Part shown: piece after piece, positions 28,834 through 37,875 of the stretch | Position numbering within the stretch: position 1 is the stretch's first letter | Layout: each line of letters starts with the position of its first letter | Source: an uncultured Candidatus Saccharibacteria bacterium | Lineage (GTDB): Bacteria > Patescibacteriota > Minisyncoccia > Phycocordibacterales > UBA9973 | Direction: 5' to 3' | Length of the DNA stretch: 64,000 bases | Assembly (NCBI GenBank): GCA_964468315.1 | Contig: CAYXTA010000002.1 | Span: 319-64,318, forward strand | The notes under the pieces: model-generated | Databases searched by the model: none | Seen by the model: the letters and a program-made list of their open reading frames with translations, nothing else | Told to the model about the DNA's origin: nothing | Made by a program: the position numbers and the translations under genes

Positions 28834-29539
28834 AACAAAATTAAAAAATATAATAAAAAAAATATTCTACAAAAAAAACAAAAATGTCTTAATCAGTAAC
28901 ACTGGAAAAGAATTTGAAGTTAATAATTGGGTATTATCGGAATTTATTATTGATAAAATCATTCCAAGTGTTGGATTTCACCCATTTCCATTAAATGAAC
29001 TAATGCTTATGTCTGGGGCTATTTGTTTTATAAAACCAACTCATTTATTTGAATGGGGTACGCACTTTGGTAAATCTGCAAGGATATTTCATGAAACAGC
29101 TCGTTATTTTAATATCGAAACAGAAATACATTCTATCGATTTACCTGAGAATATAGAACACAATGAGCACCCACACAAAGAAAGAGGTAAATTTGTTAAA
29201 AAATTTAAAAATGTATCTCTACACTTAGGAGATGGATTAGACACTTCCCTTTCTATACTAAAAGGAAAAGAGGGTAAAAAAATAATACCACTTTTTTTTC
29301 TTGATGGTGATCATTCATATGAATCAGTAAAAAGAGAGCTCAATGGGATTTTTGAAAAATACCCTCAGTCAAACATTATAATACACGATACATTTTTTCA
29401 AACAAAAGAAAGCAATTATAATATAGATCCATACGAGGCTGTAAAAGAATTTTTAAAAGATAAAAATGATGTTTTTGTATTAATAGACACAAAGACAGGT
29501 TTACCTGGAATGACATTGCTTTTAAATAAAAAAATATGA
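28826..29539 (+). CDS. Class I SAM-dependent methyltransferase (Methyltransf_24/CmcI-like).
   Basis: 237 aa. 'FEWGTHFGKSARIF' and 'FFLDGDHSYESV' match the Methyltransf_24 pattern. Confidence 0.55.
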   Translation: MLKTKLKNIIKKIFYKKNKNVLISNTGKEFEVNNWVLSEFIIDKIIPSVGFHPFPLNELMLMSGAICFIKPTHLFEWGTHFGKSARIFHETARYFNIETEIHSIDLPENIEHNEHPHKERGKFVKKFKNVSLHLGDGLDTSLSILKGKEGKKIIPLFFLDGDHSYESVKRELNGIFEKYPQSNIIIHDTFFQTKESNYNIDPYEAVKEFLKDKNDVFVLIDTKTGLPGMTLLLNKKI

Positions 29540-31119
29540 AAATAGGAATACTTTATATATGCACTGGTAACTACACTATCTTTTGGAAAGAATTCTATTT
29601 GAGTATGGAGAAAAATTTCATCAACGATTCCGAAAAACATTATTTTGTATTTACTGATGGAGATAAAATAGATTTTGAAAATGAAAATCCAAGAATTCAT
29701 AAAATATATCAGCGTGACTTGGGCTGGCCTGATAATACATTAAAAAGATTCCACGTATTTCTAAAACATGAAAGAAAATTGGCAAATATGGATTATTTGT
29801 TCTTTTTTAATGCTAATTTGCTCGTATTAGAAAAAATTACTCAGGAAGAATTTTTACCTATTAACAATGAGAATCTTGTTGCAGTATTACATCCAGGATT
29901 TTATGACAAAAATAGAAATAAATTCACTTATGAAAATAATAAAAAATCTACTGCATATATATCACCGGAAAAAGGAATACAATATTTTGCAGGAGGATTG
30001 AATGGTGGAAAAACAGCAGAATTCATTAATGCAATGAAAACAATGAAAGAGAATGTATACATTGATACGGAAAACAAGATTATAGCAAAATGGCATGATG
30101 AATCACATTGGAATAAATACTTAATAGACCAAAATGATATAAAAATACTAGGGCCAGAATACCTTTATCCTGAAGGATGGAATTTGCCTTTTAAACAAAA
30201 AATATTAATACGAGATAAAAATAATTATGGTGGACATAATACATTACGAAAAAAACAGGAAACAAAAACTGAAGTATTGATTAAAAAAATAAGGAACTTA
30301 ATGACTAAGATTAGAAAGAATCTTCCGAATTTTGGTAAACTCTTATTTTATAAATACAAAAAAGCATTAATTTTAGATAATGGAGTAGAAATTTTTAATA
30401 CTAATTTACTCATTACAACAATTGCTTTTAATAATCTCGATATACTAAAAATACAGTACCCGCAATTAAAGAAAAATTTAAAAGATGAATTTATATACAT
30501 GATTGCTGATAATTCATCAATATTCTCTTTGTCAGAAGAAATAAAAAACTATTGCATAAATGAAAAAATACCTTATATAAAACTACCGCCAAACCCATAT
30601 AAAAATCCAAGTAAATCACACGGAATTGCTCTCAATTGGGTTTATAAAAATATAATAAAAAAATACGAACCACATTTTTTTGGTTTCTTAGATCACGATA
30701 TATTCCCTTACAAAGAAACATCTGTAATTCCAGATATACAAAATAATGTATTTGGTTTAATACAAGAAAGAGAAAATAAATGGTATCTATGGGCAGGATT
30801 TTGTTTTTATAATTTTAAAAATTTAAAAAATATTACTATGAATTTCATGCCATCAAAAGGCCTCGATACTGGTGGATCAAACTATTACATCTTATATAAA
30901 AATATTAATAAAAATAATTTAAAAAAATTACCTCAAATATATATCGATACTAAAATAGAGAAAAAAGTGTTAGAAATAAATAATTCAAATACAGCTACTA
31001 CTATAGAATGCATAGGTGACTGGATTCACTTAATGAGAATCTCGAATTGGAATGACCAAAAAAATAATAAAACTGATTCTATAGAAAAAATAATTTCTTT
31101 AGCAAAAGAATTGTCATAA
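29536..31119 (+). CDS. GT6-family alpha-1,3-Gal/GalNAc-transferase (bacterial NXN type) fused to a roughly 280-aa C-terminal domain, possibly a second GT-A module.
   Basis: 527 aa. The N-terminal half aligns with ABO/alpha3GalT enzymes: 'HYFVFTDG', 'LHPGFY', 'FTYE', 'YFAGGLNGG', 'WHDESHWNKYL' and 'GPEYLYP'. The DXD position is NAN ('FFFNANLL'), as in metal-independent bacterial GT6. The C-terminal half contains 'IADNSS' and 'GFLDHDIFP' (a DxD-like motif). Confidence 0.75.
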   Translation: MKIGILYICTGNYTIFWKEFYLSMEKNFINDSEKHYFVFTDGDKIDFENENPRIHKIYQRDLGWPDNTLKRFHVFLKHERKLANMDYLFFFNANLLVLEKITQEEFLPINNENLVAVLHPGFYDKNRNKFTYENNKKSTAYISPEKGIQYFAGGLNGGKTAEFINAMKTMKENVYIDTENKIIAKWHDESHWNKYLIDQNDIKILGPEYLYPEGWNLPFKQKILIRDKNNYGGHNTLRKKQETKTEVLIKKIRNLMTKIRKNLPNFGKLLFYKYKKALILDNGVEIFNTNLLITTIAFNNLDILKIQYPQLKKNLKDEFIYMIADNSSIFSLSEEIKNYCINEKIPYIKLPPNPYKNPSKSHGIALNWVYKNIIKKYEPHFFGFLDHDIFPYKETSVIPDIQNNVFGLIQERENKWYLWAGFCFYNFKNLKNITMNFMPSKGLDTGGSNYYILYKNINKNNLKKLPQIYIDTKIEKKVLEINNSNTATTIECIGDWIHLMRISNWNDQKNNKTDSIEKIISLAKELS

Positions 31120-31124
31120 AAAGA

Positions 31125-31955
31125 TTACCAGTATTTTTGATACAGTTTAAACATTTTATTAAAAGAAATACGAAAAGGAAGTTTAACAAAAAAACCATAA
31201 ACAATAATACGAGCTAAGGCACGAAGATATGAAATGAGATAATTTGGATATTTACCTTTAAAATGTTTTATTACTTTAAAAATTTTCTTATATTGTTCTA
31301 TCTTATTTTGTGCACTAATACTTGCATCATGTAATTTAAATCTAACAGAATATGATGATAGGTTTGAAAATTTACCACAAAGTCCAAGACGAAGCCAAAG
31401 ATCATAGTCTTCAACGTGACGTGTATTTACAGACTCATCATAACCACCTATTTTTAATACAACATCTTTTCTAAAAAGAACACTTGAATGTATAAAACAA
31501 TTTTTTCCAAGAATTGTTTTTCTTATTTGAATATCTTTTTCTGGTAAGAAGTATCTGAATAATTCATTATTATTTTCATCAACAATAATCACTCCCGTAC
31601 CAACCAAAACATACTCTTTATTTTTTTCTAAAAACAAAACTTGCTCACTTAATTTATTTTGATCAATCCAAACATCATCGTCATCAATACGAGCTATATA
31701 TTCCCCTTTTGCTTCTCGGAGTCCCTTATTGAGTGTTTTTTGAATACCAAGATTTACTTCATTTTTAATATATTTAATTCTGGTGTCTTGCTTTACAAAA
31801 GTATCAACAATAAAAGCTGTATTGTCCTGTGAGCCATCATCGAGCACCAAAAGCTCCCAATTACTGTATTTCTGGTCTAAAACGCTCTGTATAGCCATTT
31901 CTATACGTTTAGAGCCGTTATATGTTGGTAATATAATTGATACTAATTTATCCAT
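31125..31955 (-). CDS. Family-2 glycosyltransferase.
   Basis: 276 aa. 'VSIILPTYNGSKRI', 'LLVLDDGSQDNT' and 'RIDDDDVW' are GT-A motifs. Confidence 0.8.
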   Translation of the reverse strand: MDKLVSIILPTYNGSKRIEMAIQSVLDQKYSNWELLVLDDGSQDNTAFIVDTFVKQDTRIKYIKNEVNLGIQKTLNKGLREAKGEYIARIDDDDVWIDQNKLSEQVLFLEKNKEYVLVGTGVIIVDENNNELFRYFLPEKDIQIRKTILGKNCFIHSSVLFRKDVVLKIGGYDESVNTRHVEDYDLWLRLGLCGKFSNLSSYSVRFKLHDASISAQNKIEQYKKIFKVIKHFKGKYPNYLISYLRALARIIVYGFFVKLPFRISFNKMFKLYQKYW

Positions 31956-31959
31956 ATTT

Positions 31960-32811
31960 TTATAGTTTTATCCATTCGTTAGGTATTAAATCACTGGTAT
32001 CTATTGATGTATCTGGAAACCAATTTTTAGGTGCGACAACAATTTTGTCTTTATTATCAGAAAGCCATACAGCCCACCAAGAAAATGAACTGTTTGAAAT
32101 AACAAAATTTTTACACTGACTCATTAAGAATAAATGCCCTGTATCTTTTATTCCTAAATATTCATCTCCTACAAACATCACAGGTAAATCAAATTTTAAA
32201 TTATTTTCACACCACTTTATATCATCAGAAAAAACATATATTTTATCTATTTTTTTATTTTTATAAATATAATCAATACCATTTTTATAATAATCATTAT
32301 TCACAACTTCATGATGTTTATTACCAACAAAATCTCCTCTACGTACATGCAAACAGAGTGATTCGTTATTTGAAATTTCTTTAGCAACTTCTTGTATATT
32401 TTGTGGTAAATTATTTTTTAATGTAAAATCTTTACGTATAATATCTTCAAAACCAGAAAAATATTTTGGTGACTGAAAATATCCATCTAAATAAACATCT
32501 TTTCCTAAATCAAAAAATCTTAAATCAAAGTTAAAAGAATTCTCTTTTCCTTTATTTTTCATAAATCTAGAAAAAAAATAATTAAATAAACTGTTTCGAT
32601 ATATAATTGGTATATCTAATTTCCTTGCTATATCTCCTTGTATATTAAAAACATCCAAACTATAAATTCTTTTTGTTACTCCTAATAAATTTAAATCAAA
32701 AAAAGAAGTATCAAATTTTAACTCTGTATTATTTTTTATCGATAAAACTCGTCCCAATGCATATTGAAACATTTGATTACCCATTCCACCTTGTAGTCTG
32801 ACAATAATCAT
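31960..32811 (-). CDS. GT11-family alpha-1,2-fucosyltransferase.
   Basis: 283 aa. The N-terminus 'LQGGMGNQMFQYA' and 'LHVRRGDFV' (the HxRRxD motif) are the GT11 (FutC/WbsJ-type) signatures. Confidence 0.85.
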   Translation of the reverse strand: MIIVRLQGGMGNQMFQYALGRVLSIKNNTELKFDTSFFDLNLLGVTKRIYSLDVFNIQGDIARKLDIPIIYRNSLFNYFFSRFMKNKGKENSFNFDLRFFDLGKDVYLDGYFQSPKYFSGFEDIIRKDFTLKNNLPQNIQEVAKEISNNESLCLHVRRGDFVGNKHHEVVNNDYYKNGIDYIYKNKKIDKIYVFSDDIKWCENNLKFDLPVMFVGDEYLGIKDTGHLFLMSQCKNFVISNSSFSWWAVWLSDNKDKIVVAPKNWFPDTSIDTSDLIPNEWIKL

Positions 32812-32815
32812 AGTT

Positions 32816-33706
32816 TTATTTTTTTAACTCTAAAATACCTTCTTCTAAAGTAATTTTCGGCGACCAATCAAGAAGTTCTTTTACTTTTACAATACTTGCG
32901 CTTGTAGCATATGGCTCAACTCTTTTTTCAATATATACAACTTCCCCACCGATGAGTTCTGCGATTTTATTTATAGAATACGTTTCATTAGTTCCTATAT
33001 TTATTACTTCACCATTACCGACTTTTTCTATTTTCATAGCCATAATATTTGCTTGAGCAACATCAGCAACATTTATAAAACTACGAGTTTGATTACCATC
33101 ACCAGTTATTGTTAGAGGTTTACCTTGTTTATACAAATCTACAAATTTCGCAACAACACAAGGATATGCACCACCGATACTTTGTCTTAAACCGTAAACA
33201 TTAAAATACCGAAGCGATACAGTTTCGACACCATATAAATCTGCCCACAACTTACAATACACTTCACCAATATATTTATGTGCACCATACGGAGAAAGTG
33301 GATTTGAATTCATTGTTTCTATTAAAGGCAAAGTATCTTGATCACCATATACAGCACTTGATGCTGCAAAAATAACTCTCTTAACTCCATTCAAACGTGA
33401 AGCTTCTAAAACATTGAGTAAACCTGTAACATTTACATCGTGTGTTTCTATAGGATTCTCTATTGAATACTGCACTTGTGGCATTGCAGCTTCGTGAAAA
33501 ACATATTTCACATCTTTAAATATTTCTACTAGTTTTCCTTTATCCCTGATATCTACATTATGGAAAATTGCTCGGGAATTAACATTTTCAATTTTCCCAG
33601 CTGATAAATCATCAACAATATGCACTTCATAATCAAGCTCAACTAAAGCATCTACTATATGAGATCCTATGAAACCAGCTCCGCCTGTGACAATAATTTT
33701 TTCCAT
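32816..33706 (-). CDS. NAD-dependent epimerase/dehydratase (UDP-hexose/UDP-HexNAc 4-epimerase-like).
   Basis: 296 aa. Rossmann 'VTGGAGFIGSH', catalytic 'YGAHKYIGE' (YxxxK), short-chain SDR-e architecture. Confidence 0.8.
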   Translation of the reverse strand: MEKIIVTGGAGFIGSHIVDALVELDYEVHIVDDLSAGKIENVNSRAIFHNVDIRDKGKLVEIFKDVKYVFHEAAMPQVQYSIENPIETHDVNVTGLLNVLEASRLNGVKRVIFAASSAVYGDQDTLPLIETMNSNPLSPYGAHKYIGEVYCKLWADLYGVETVSLRYFNVYGLRQSIGGAYPCVVAKFVDLYKQGKPLTITGDGNQTRSFINVADVAQANIMAMKIEKVGNGEVINIGTNETYSINKIAELIGGEVVYIEKRVEPYATSASIVKVKELLDWSPKITLEEGILELKK

Positions 33707-33712
33707 ATATAA

Positions 33713-35725
33713 TTATAATTTAAAACCTGGTATATCTTTCTCTGCTTGTTCAAGTGCTTCTTTGTAAAGTTTTTGATCTCCTTTATTTTTAGCAAAATTA
33801 ATAAAAAATCTATGTGATACTGAAATACTTGGATCTAATGTTATAGCATCTCTATACGCTTTTTCAGCACTACCCAAATCTGTAGTCCATGAATACACTT
33901 GGGCTATTCTCCAATAAACTTCTGGATTACTAGGTGAAATAGTGAGGGTGTGATCTAAAATTTCAAGGATATGTTTACGAGTATTTTCATCATTTGGAGT
34001 ATCAGACAAATATGCTCTGGTGTTGTACAAATCAACAATAGAGATATTCAATCTGTAATCAGTAGGGTTTTCATTTCTGACAATTTCAAGATATTTCAAA
34101 AAATTATCTAAATCTTTTAAGATATACGGTAAGACTTGTTTATTATTTTTTATTGCAACAGCATTTTTAAAAAGTGAACCAAATGTATCGTGTGCTAATC
34201 CACCAATATCCCAAACATCTCCAACAACAGACCCGCCTGCCAGTTCATTGAACGGCTTATTAATTTGTTTACTAAAAACCCTACCGATTGTATCTATTTT
34301 TTTATAAGGTCGATACAAAAAGAATACTAAAGAAATACTACAAAAAATAAGAAGTACACCAACGATAAGGTTTTTAGCATATTGATCAGTTATTTTAAAC
34401 TTGTTATTTTCTATAGAATTATCTTGTAATCCAAAAATAATTCCAACAAAAGAAAATAGCACCATAAAAGATAAAACTGAATCAAAGAAAAATAGATTTT
34501 GAAATACATATCCTACAACTAATCCAAAAAACAATGAGGCTTGCAAGGTGGTCAATATTTCTTTTTCTTTTAATTTATACAAACAAAATAGTATTGAGAG
34601 AATAAAAATAAGATAAAAGATAATTGCTGGATACCCTGCAGAAGCACCGATGTCATAATAAATATTGTGAAATCGATCTGCATATCCTTCATAGTTATAT
34701 TCAGCAAGTAACATCTTTGGGTTAAAATGTGCCTGAAATGCAATTGCCTGATTTTCAGGACCATAGCCAAACCATGGATGTTCATTCATAGACTTCTCTG
34801 CAGTATCCCAAAAAATAAAACGTGTACCAGACGCTACTTGCGTAAATTTCTGATGGAGCTCCGTGTTCGGTGTCACAAGCTGTTTCCAGCCAAACACAAA
34901 AACAATGAGACTAAGAACAATCCCTGTTATACCTAAAAAATGAAATGTCTTTTTCTTTGATAATGCTAAACATCCTAAACCTGTCGCACCTGTGCCAATA
35001 ATAATACCAAGTAATGCTCCACGGGCATTACCGAGCAGACTTCCCCCGGTAAATAAACCGTAAATATTTATAAAAATTGGAGAAAAAATAATCGTAGCTA
35101 AAGCTATACTAATTAATATTTTTGTTTTTTTAGATATATCCTTGAAAGTTAAAAGAAATATACCAAACACAAAAACAAACATCAAGTATGCAGCTGCTAC
35201 TGATGAGTTTCCTGTAAGTCCACCTCCTCCATCAGTAGTTAAAAATTTATATGGTAAATGAAATCCTCCTGAACCAAACCATAAAGATAATGCAAGAATA
35301 AAACCACCAGCAATAAACCATTGTAAAAAATTTTGTATATACTCTTTACCATAGCGATACGTGAGTGAAGCAACAATAAATGTAAATAATAAAGAATGGT
35401 AGAGTGTGAGCAATCCTGTACCACGGGAAAGAGTAGACCAAAATGAAAGATTTGAATCAACAGCCAATATTCCAGCAATTGTCATCCAAATTAAAAAACC
35501 AATAGCTGGTAAAAACCAAAGTAGTGTTTTCTTTGGTAAACGATATGATGGGTCAACTGTTATGGTGTAAATTAAAATACAGACAAGAATATCTACAACA
35601 CCATAAAAAAAGAATGGTTTTGAAGAAAGATGCGGGTATATTCTACTACCGACATAAATAAGCGGTAAAATAAATACAAAAAAATAAGTACCATATTTCA
35701 AAATATTTTTACGAAATAAATCCAT
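33713..35725 (-). CDS. O-antigen ligase/Wzy_C-family polytopic membrane protein with a C-terminal TPR-repeat domain.
   Basis: About 670 aa from the ATG at 35725 (the ORF track extends to a GTG at 35764, which would overlap the upstream terminator). At least 10 TM helices. Wzy_C-like periplasmic loop 'FIFWDTAEKSMNEHPWFGYGP'. C-terminal TPR-like repeats ('AEKAYRDAITLDPS'). Confidence 0.7.
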   Translation of the reverse strand: MDLFRKNILKYGTYFFVFILPLIYVGSRIYPHLSSKPFFFYGVVDILVCILIYTITVDPSYRLPKKTLLWFLPAIGFLIWMTIAGILAVDSNLSFWSTLSRGTGLLTLYHSLLFTFIVASLTYRYGKEYIQNFLQWFIAGGFILALSLWFGSGGFHLPYKFLTTDGGGGLTGNSSVAAAYLMFVFVFGIFLLTFKDISKKTKILISIALATIIFSPIFINIYGLFTGGSLLGNARGALLGIIIGTGATGLGCLALSKKKTFHFLGITGIVLSLIVFVFGWKQLVTPNTELHQKFTQVASGTRFIFWDTAEKSMNEHPWFGYGPENQAIAFQAHFNPKMLLAEYNYEGYADRFHNIYYDIGASAGYPAIIFYLIFILSILFCLYKLKEKEILTTLQASLFFGLVVGYVFQNLFFFDSVLSFMVLFSFVGIIFGLQDNSIENNKFKITDQYAKNLIVGVLLIFCSISLVFFLYRPYKKIDTIGRVFSKQINKPFNELAGGSVVGDVWDIGGLAHDTFGSLFKNAVAIKNNKQVLPYILKDLDNFLKYLEIVRNENPTDYRLNISIVDLYNTRAYLSDTPNDENTRKHILEILDHTLTISPSNPEVYWRIAQVYSWTTDLGSAEKAYRDAITLDPSISVSHRFFINFAKNKGDQKLYKEALEQAEKDIPGFKL

Positions 35726-35754
35726 AAAGGCATTATACCGTAAAAATACAAAAC

Positions 35755-35785
35755 AAAAAAGCACTCATTTCTGAGTGCTTTTTTG
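35755..35785. terminator. Terminator downstream of the surface-protein gene (minus strand).
   Basis: gcactca-tttc-tgagtgc flanked by an A6 and a T6 run. Confidence 0.55.
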
Positions 35786-35829
35786 TGGTTCGCAGTTTTC
35801 CTTCTGTTTAGATGTTTATATCAGTAAGG

Positions 35830-37875
35830 TTAGTTATTGATATATACAGCGTTAGTTCTAAATGCGTCTACAGGTAACAATGTATTAACAGCAGAACCTA
35901 AGCCAAGACCAGCATCAGTAAATGTTTGGATTGTCTTAAGTTGTACACGGTAATAAGTGTTAAGTGTAACAGGACCAGTTAGAGTAACGTTCACAGTAAA
36001 GTGCTTAGCACTTCCTGATGGAAGCATAAAGCCTGTTCCTAGAGCGTTAGCAGTAGCATCATTACTTATGATAGTGTGTGATGCTGTACTTGTCCAGTCA
36101 TTTGAGTAAGAACCTGAAGCTGCGTTTTGGAATACGAATGCAATTGCACCAGAACCTGTTGATGTAACAGCTTCTTGTGTTGATTGACCGATGTATGCAT
36201 CGTTACCGAAAGCAGTGATTGTCAATGGGATACTGTATGAAACTGAAGTTATGTCACCGTTTGAAGCAACAGTTGTTGAAGTAACAACAGAGCCCATAAC
36301 TGTGTTAACACCATTTTCACGTAATGTCATAACATTACCTACAGCTGAACCAAGACGTAATGCTGAATCACTGTCTGTTAATTGATCACCATTTTTGTCT
36401 TGTACTGAGAAGTTTGCAGCAAGTAATACGTCAGCATTAGCTACTGAAGCTACGATTGTTGTACCGTCTGAGTAAGAACCAGATGTCTTTGACTTAAGAT
36501 CAGCAACAACACTGAATTCTACTGTAGAACCAGCAGTTATTGTTTGTGATGATAAGTTAACAAATTTGTAACCAGTTGAAGTTGCACCAGCTGTTGGTGT
36601 AGTTGTTATTGAAGTTGAAATAGTGTAACCATTTGAACCATCAAGTGTATCAACTAAATCAGAACCTCTGTAAAGTTTCAATGTGTTGATAACAGCAGAG
36701 CCGTTAGCACCAACAGTTGTAACTTGAACAGGAACTTTTCTTAGACTCAAGTCAGTATTTGTAGCTTTAACTGTGAATTTAAGTAATGTTTGTCCGTTTG
36801 TTGCAGAAGTGTTTCCAACACCTACGATTGAAGATGATGGATTTGATGTTGATAGACCAACTGTAGCTTTGATACCATTTGAAACAAATTTACCAAACAT
36901 TAATCCTGTTTGTTGTAATCCTGTAGTACTTGGAGAAACAACATCAACATATGTGTCATATGTACCATCTGGTGATGATGCACTTACTCCTCCAGCTGTA
37001 AATGTAACTGTCCAGTTACTATCTGTATCACCTGAATCAAGTGATCCATTAGTATTAACAGAAACATAGAAACGACCAATAGAATCTTTTGCTATTGGAG
37101 CGTTTAATCCAGCGAAGTTGAATGTGTAAATATCACTTGATGTAGCACGATCAGCATCAGCTACTGACATAGTAGCTAATTTTGTAGAACCATTCCATAG
37201 TGAAACACTAGAAATGTATTTTCCAAGATTTGCAGAAGAGTTAGTAAGTGAATTTACAAAAGTAACACGAACGCGGTTAACATTTTGTGAAGACAAACGA
37301 GCTGTTGCACGGAAACCAGCTACAACTTTGTCTGTTTCTGATTCATAAACTGTTGAAACACGGTTTGTTGAATCTAAAGCAATATCAGCTAAGTAGCCGT
37401 TTGTTCCTGATACAACTGAAGTTGAACCTGAACATGAAGCACCAGTTGTTGAACTGAACATAGCACCTGCAGCACAACCAGCAACTGTTGAAGTTGAAGT
37501 TGAACATGGAGCACCAGTTGTTGAGTTAAACATAGCACCTGCAGCACAACCTGAAGTTGTAACTGGTGATGTTGAACCACCTGCTAATTTAGCACGTGAC
37601 ATTGAACCGAATAGACCTGTTGAAGGTAATCCGTTTGCAGCTTGCCATGCTACCACAGCTGCTTTAGTTATAGAACCGAAGTATCCTGTTGCAGGAGATA
37701 CACCGAGTGTATTTTGCAAACAAGTAACTTGACTGTTTCTCATACCTACACTAAGACTCATAGTGATTGAACAATCAGCAGCAGAAACTGATTTTGCTGA
37801 AGCAAAACCACCACCGATAACTAATCCAAGCATCATAACTCCAAGAAGGATTTTTGATTTGAATAATTTACTCAT
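35830..37875 (-). CDS. Secreted Ser/Thr-rich cell-surface protein. It has a signal peptide, an N-terminal peptidoglycan-binding-like domain, two Cys-containing tandem repeats and a long beta-rich S/T-rich region.
   Basis: 681 aa. Signal 'MSKLFKSKILLGVMMLGLVIGGGFASA'. 'CLQNTLGVSPATGYFGSITKAAVVAWQAANGLPSTG' resembles PG_binding_1. The tandem repeat is GCAAGAMF(N/S)STTGA(P/S)CS. The rest is very rich in T/S/G/A/N/V. Confidence 0.75.
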   Translation of the reverse strand: MSKLFKSKILLGVMMLGLVIGGGFASAKSVSAADCSITMSLSVGMRNSQVTCLQNTLGVSPATGYFGSITKAAVVAWQAANGLPSTGLFGSMSRAKLAGGSTSPVTTSGCAAGAMFNSTTGAPCSTSTSTVAGCAAGAMFSSTTGASCSGSTSVVSGTNGYLADIALDSTNRVSTVYESETDKVVAGFRATARLSSQNVNRVRVTFVNSLTNSSANLGKYISSVSLWNGSTKLATMSVADADRATSSDIYTFNFAGLNAPIAKDSIGRFYVSVNTNGSLDSGDTDSNWTVTFTAGGVSASSPDGTYDTYVDVVSPSTTGLQQTGLMFGKFVSNGIKATVGLSTSNPSSSIVGVGNTSATNGQTLLKFTVKATNTDLSLRKVPVQVTTVGANGSAVINTLKLYRGSDLVDTLDGSNGYTISTSITTTPTAGATSTGYKFVNLSSQTITAGSTVEFSVVADLKSKTSGSYSDGTTIVASVANADVLLAANFSVQDKNGDQLTDSDSALRLGSAVGNVMTLRENGVNTVMGSVVTSTTVASNGDITSVSYSIPLTITAFGNDAYIGQSTQEAVTSTGSGAIAFVFQNAASGSYSNDWTSTASHTIISNDATANALGTGFMLPSGSAKHFTVNVTLTGPVTLNTYYRVQLKTIQTFTDAGLGLGSAVNTLLPVDAFRTNAVYINN
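37421..37565. repeat. Tandem direct repeat (2 x ~72 nt) inside the surface-protein gene.
   Basis: ...gaacatgRagcaccagttgttgaRYtRaacatagcacctgcagcacaacc... occurs twice in tandem, encoding the duplicated GCAAGAMFxSTTGAxCS motif. Confidence 0.6.

Noticed and set aside
35031-35060. Partial match (cagacttcccccgg) to the GC-rich repeat element inside the Wzy_C gene.
   Set aside because: Only ~12 nt match. It lacks the tggtctgg and gaggacc ends, and it encodes an ordinary Gly-rich TM-loop segment. It is probably chance.
35726-35764. GTG-initiated extension of the Wzy_C/TPR gene to 35764.
   Set aside because: It would overlap the hairpin terminator of the upstream gene. An in-frame ATG at 35725 starts just before the first TM helix.
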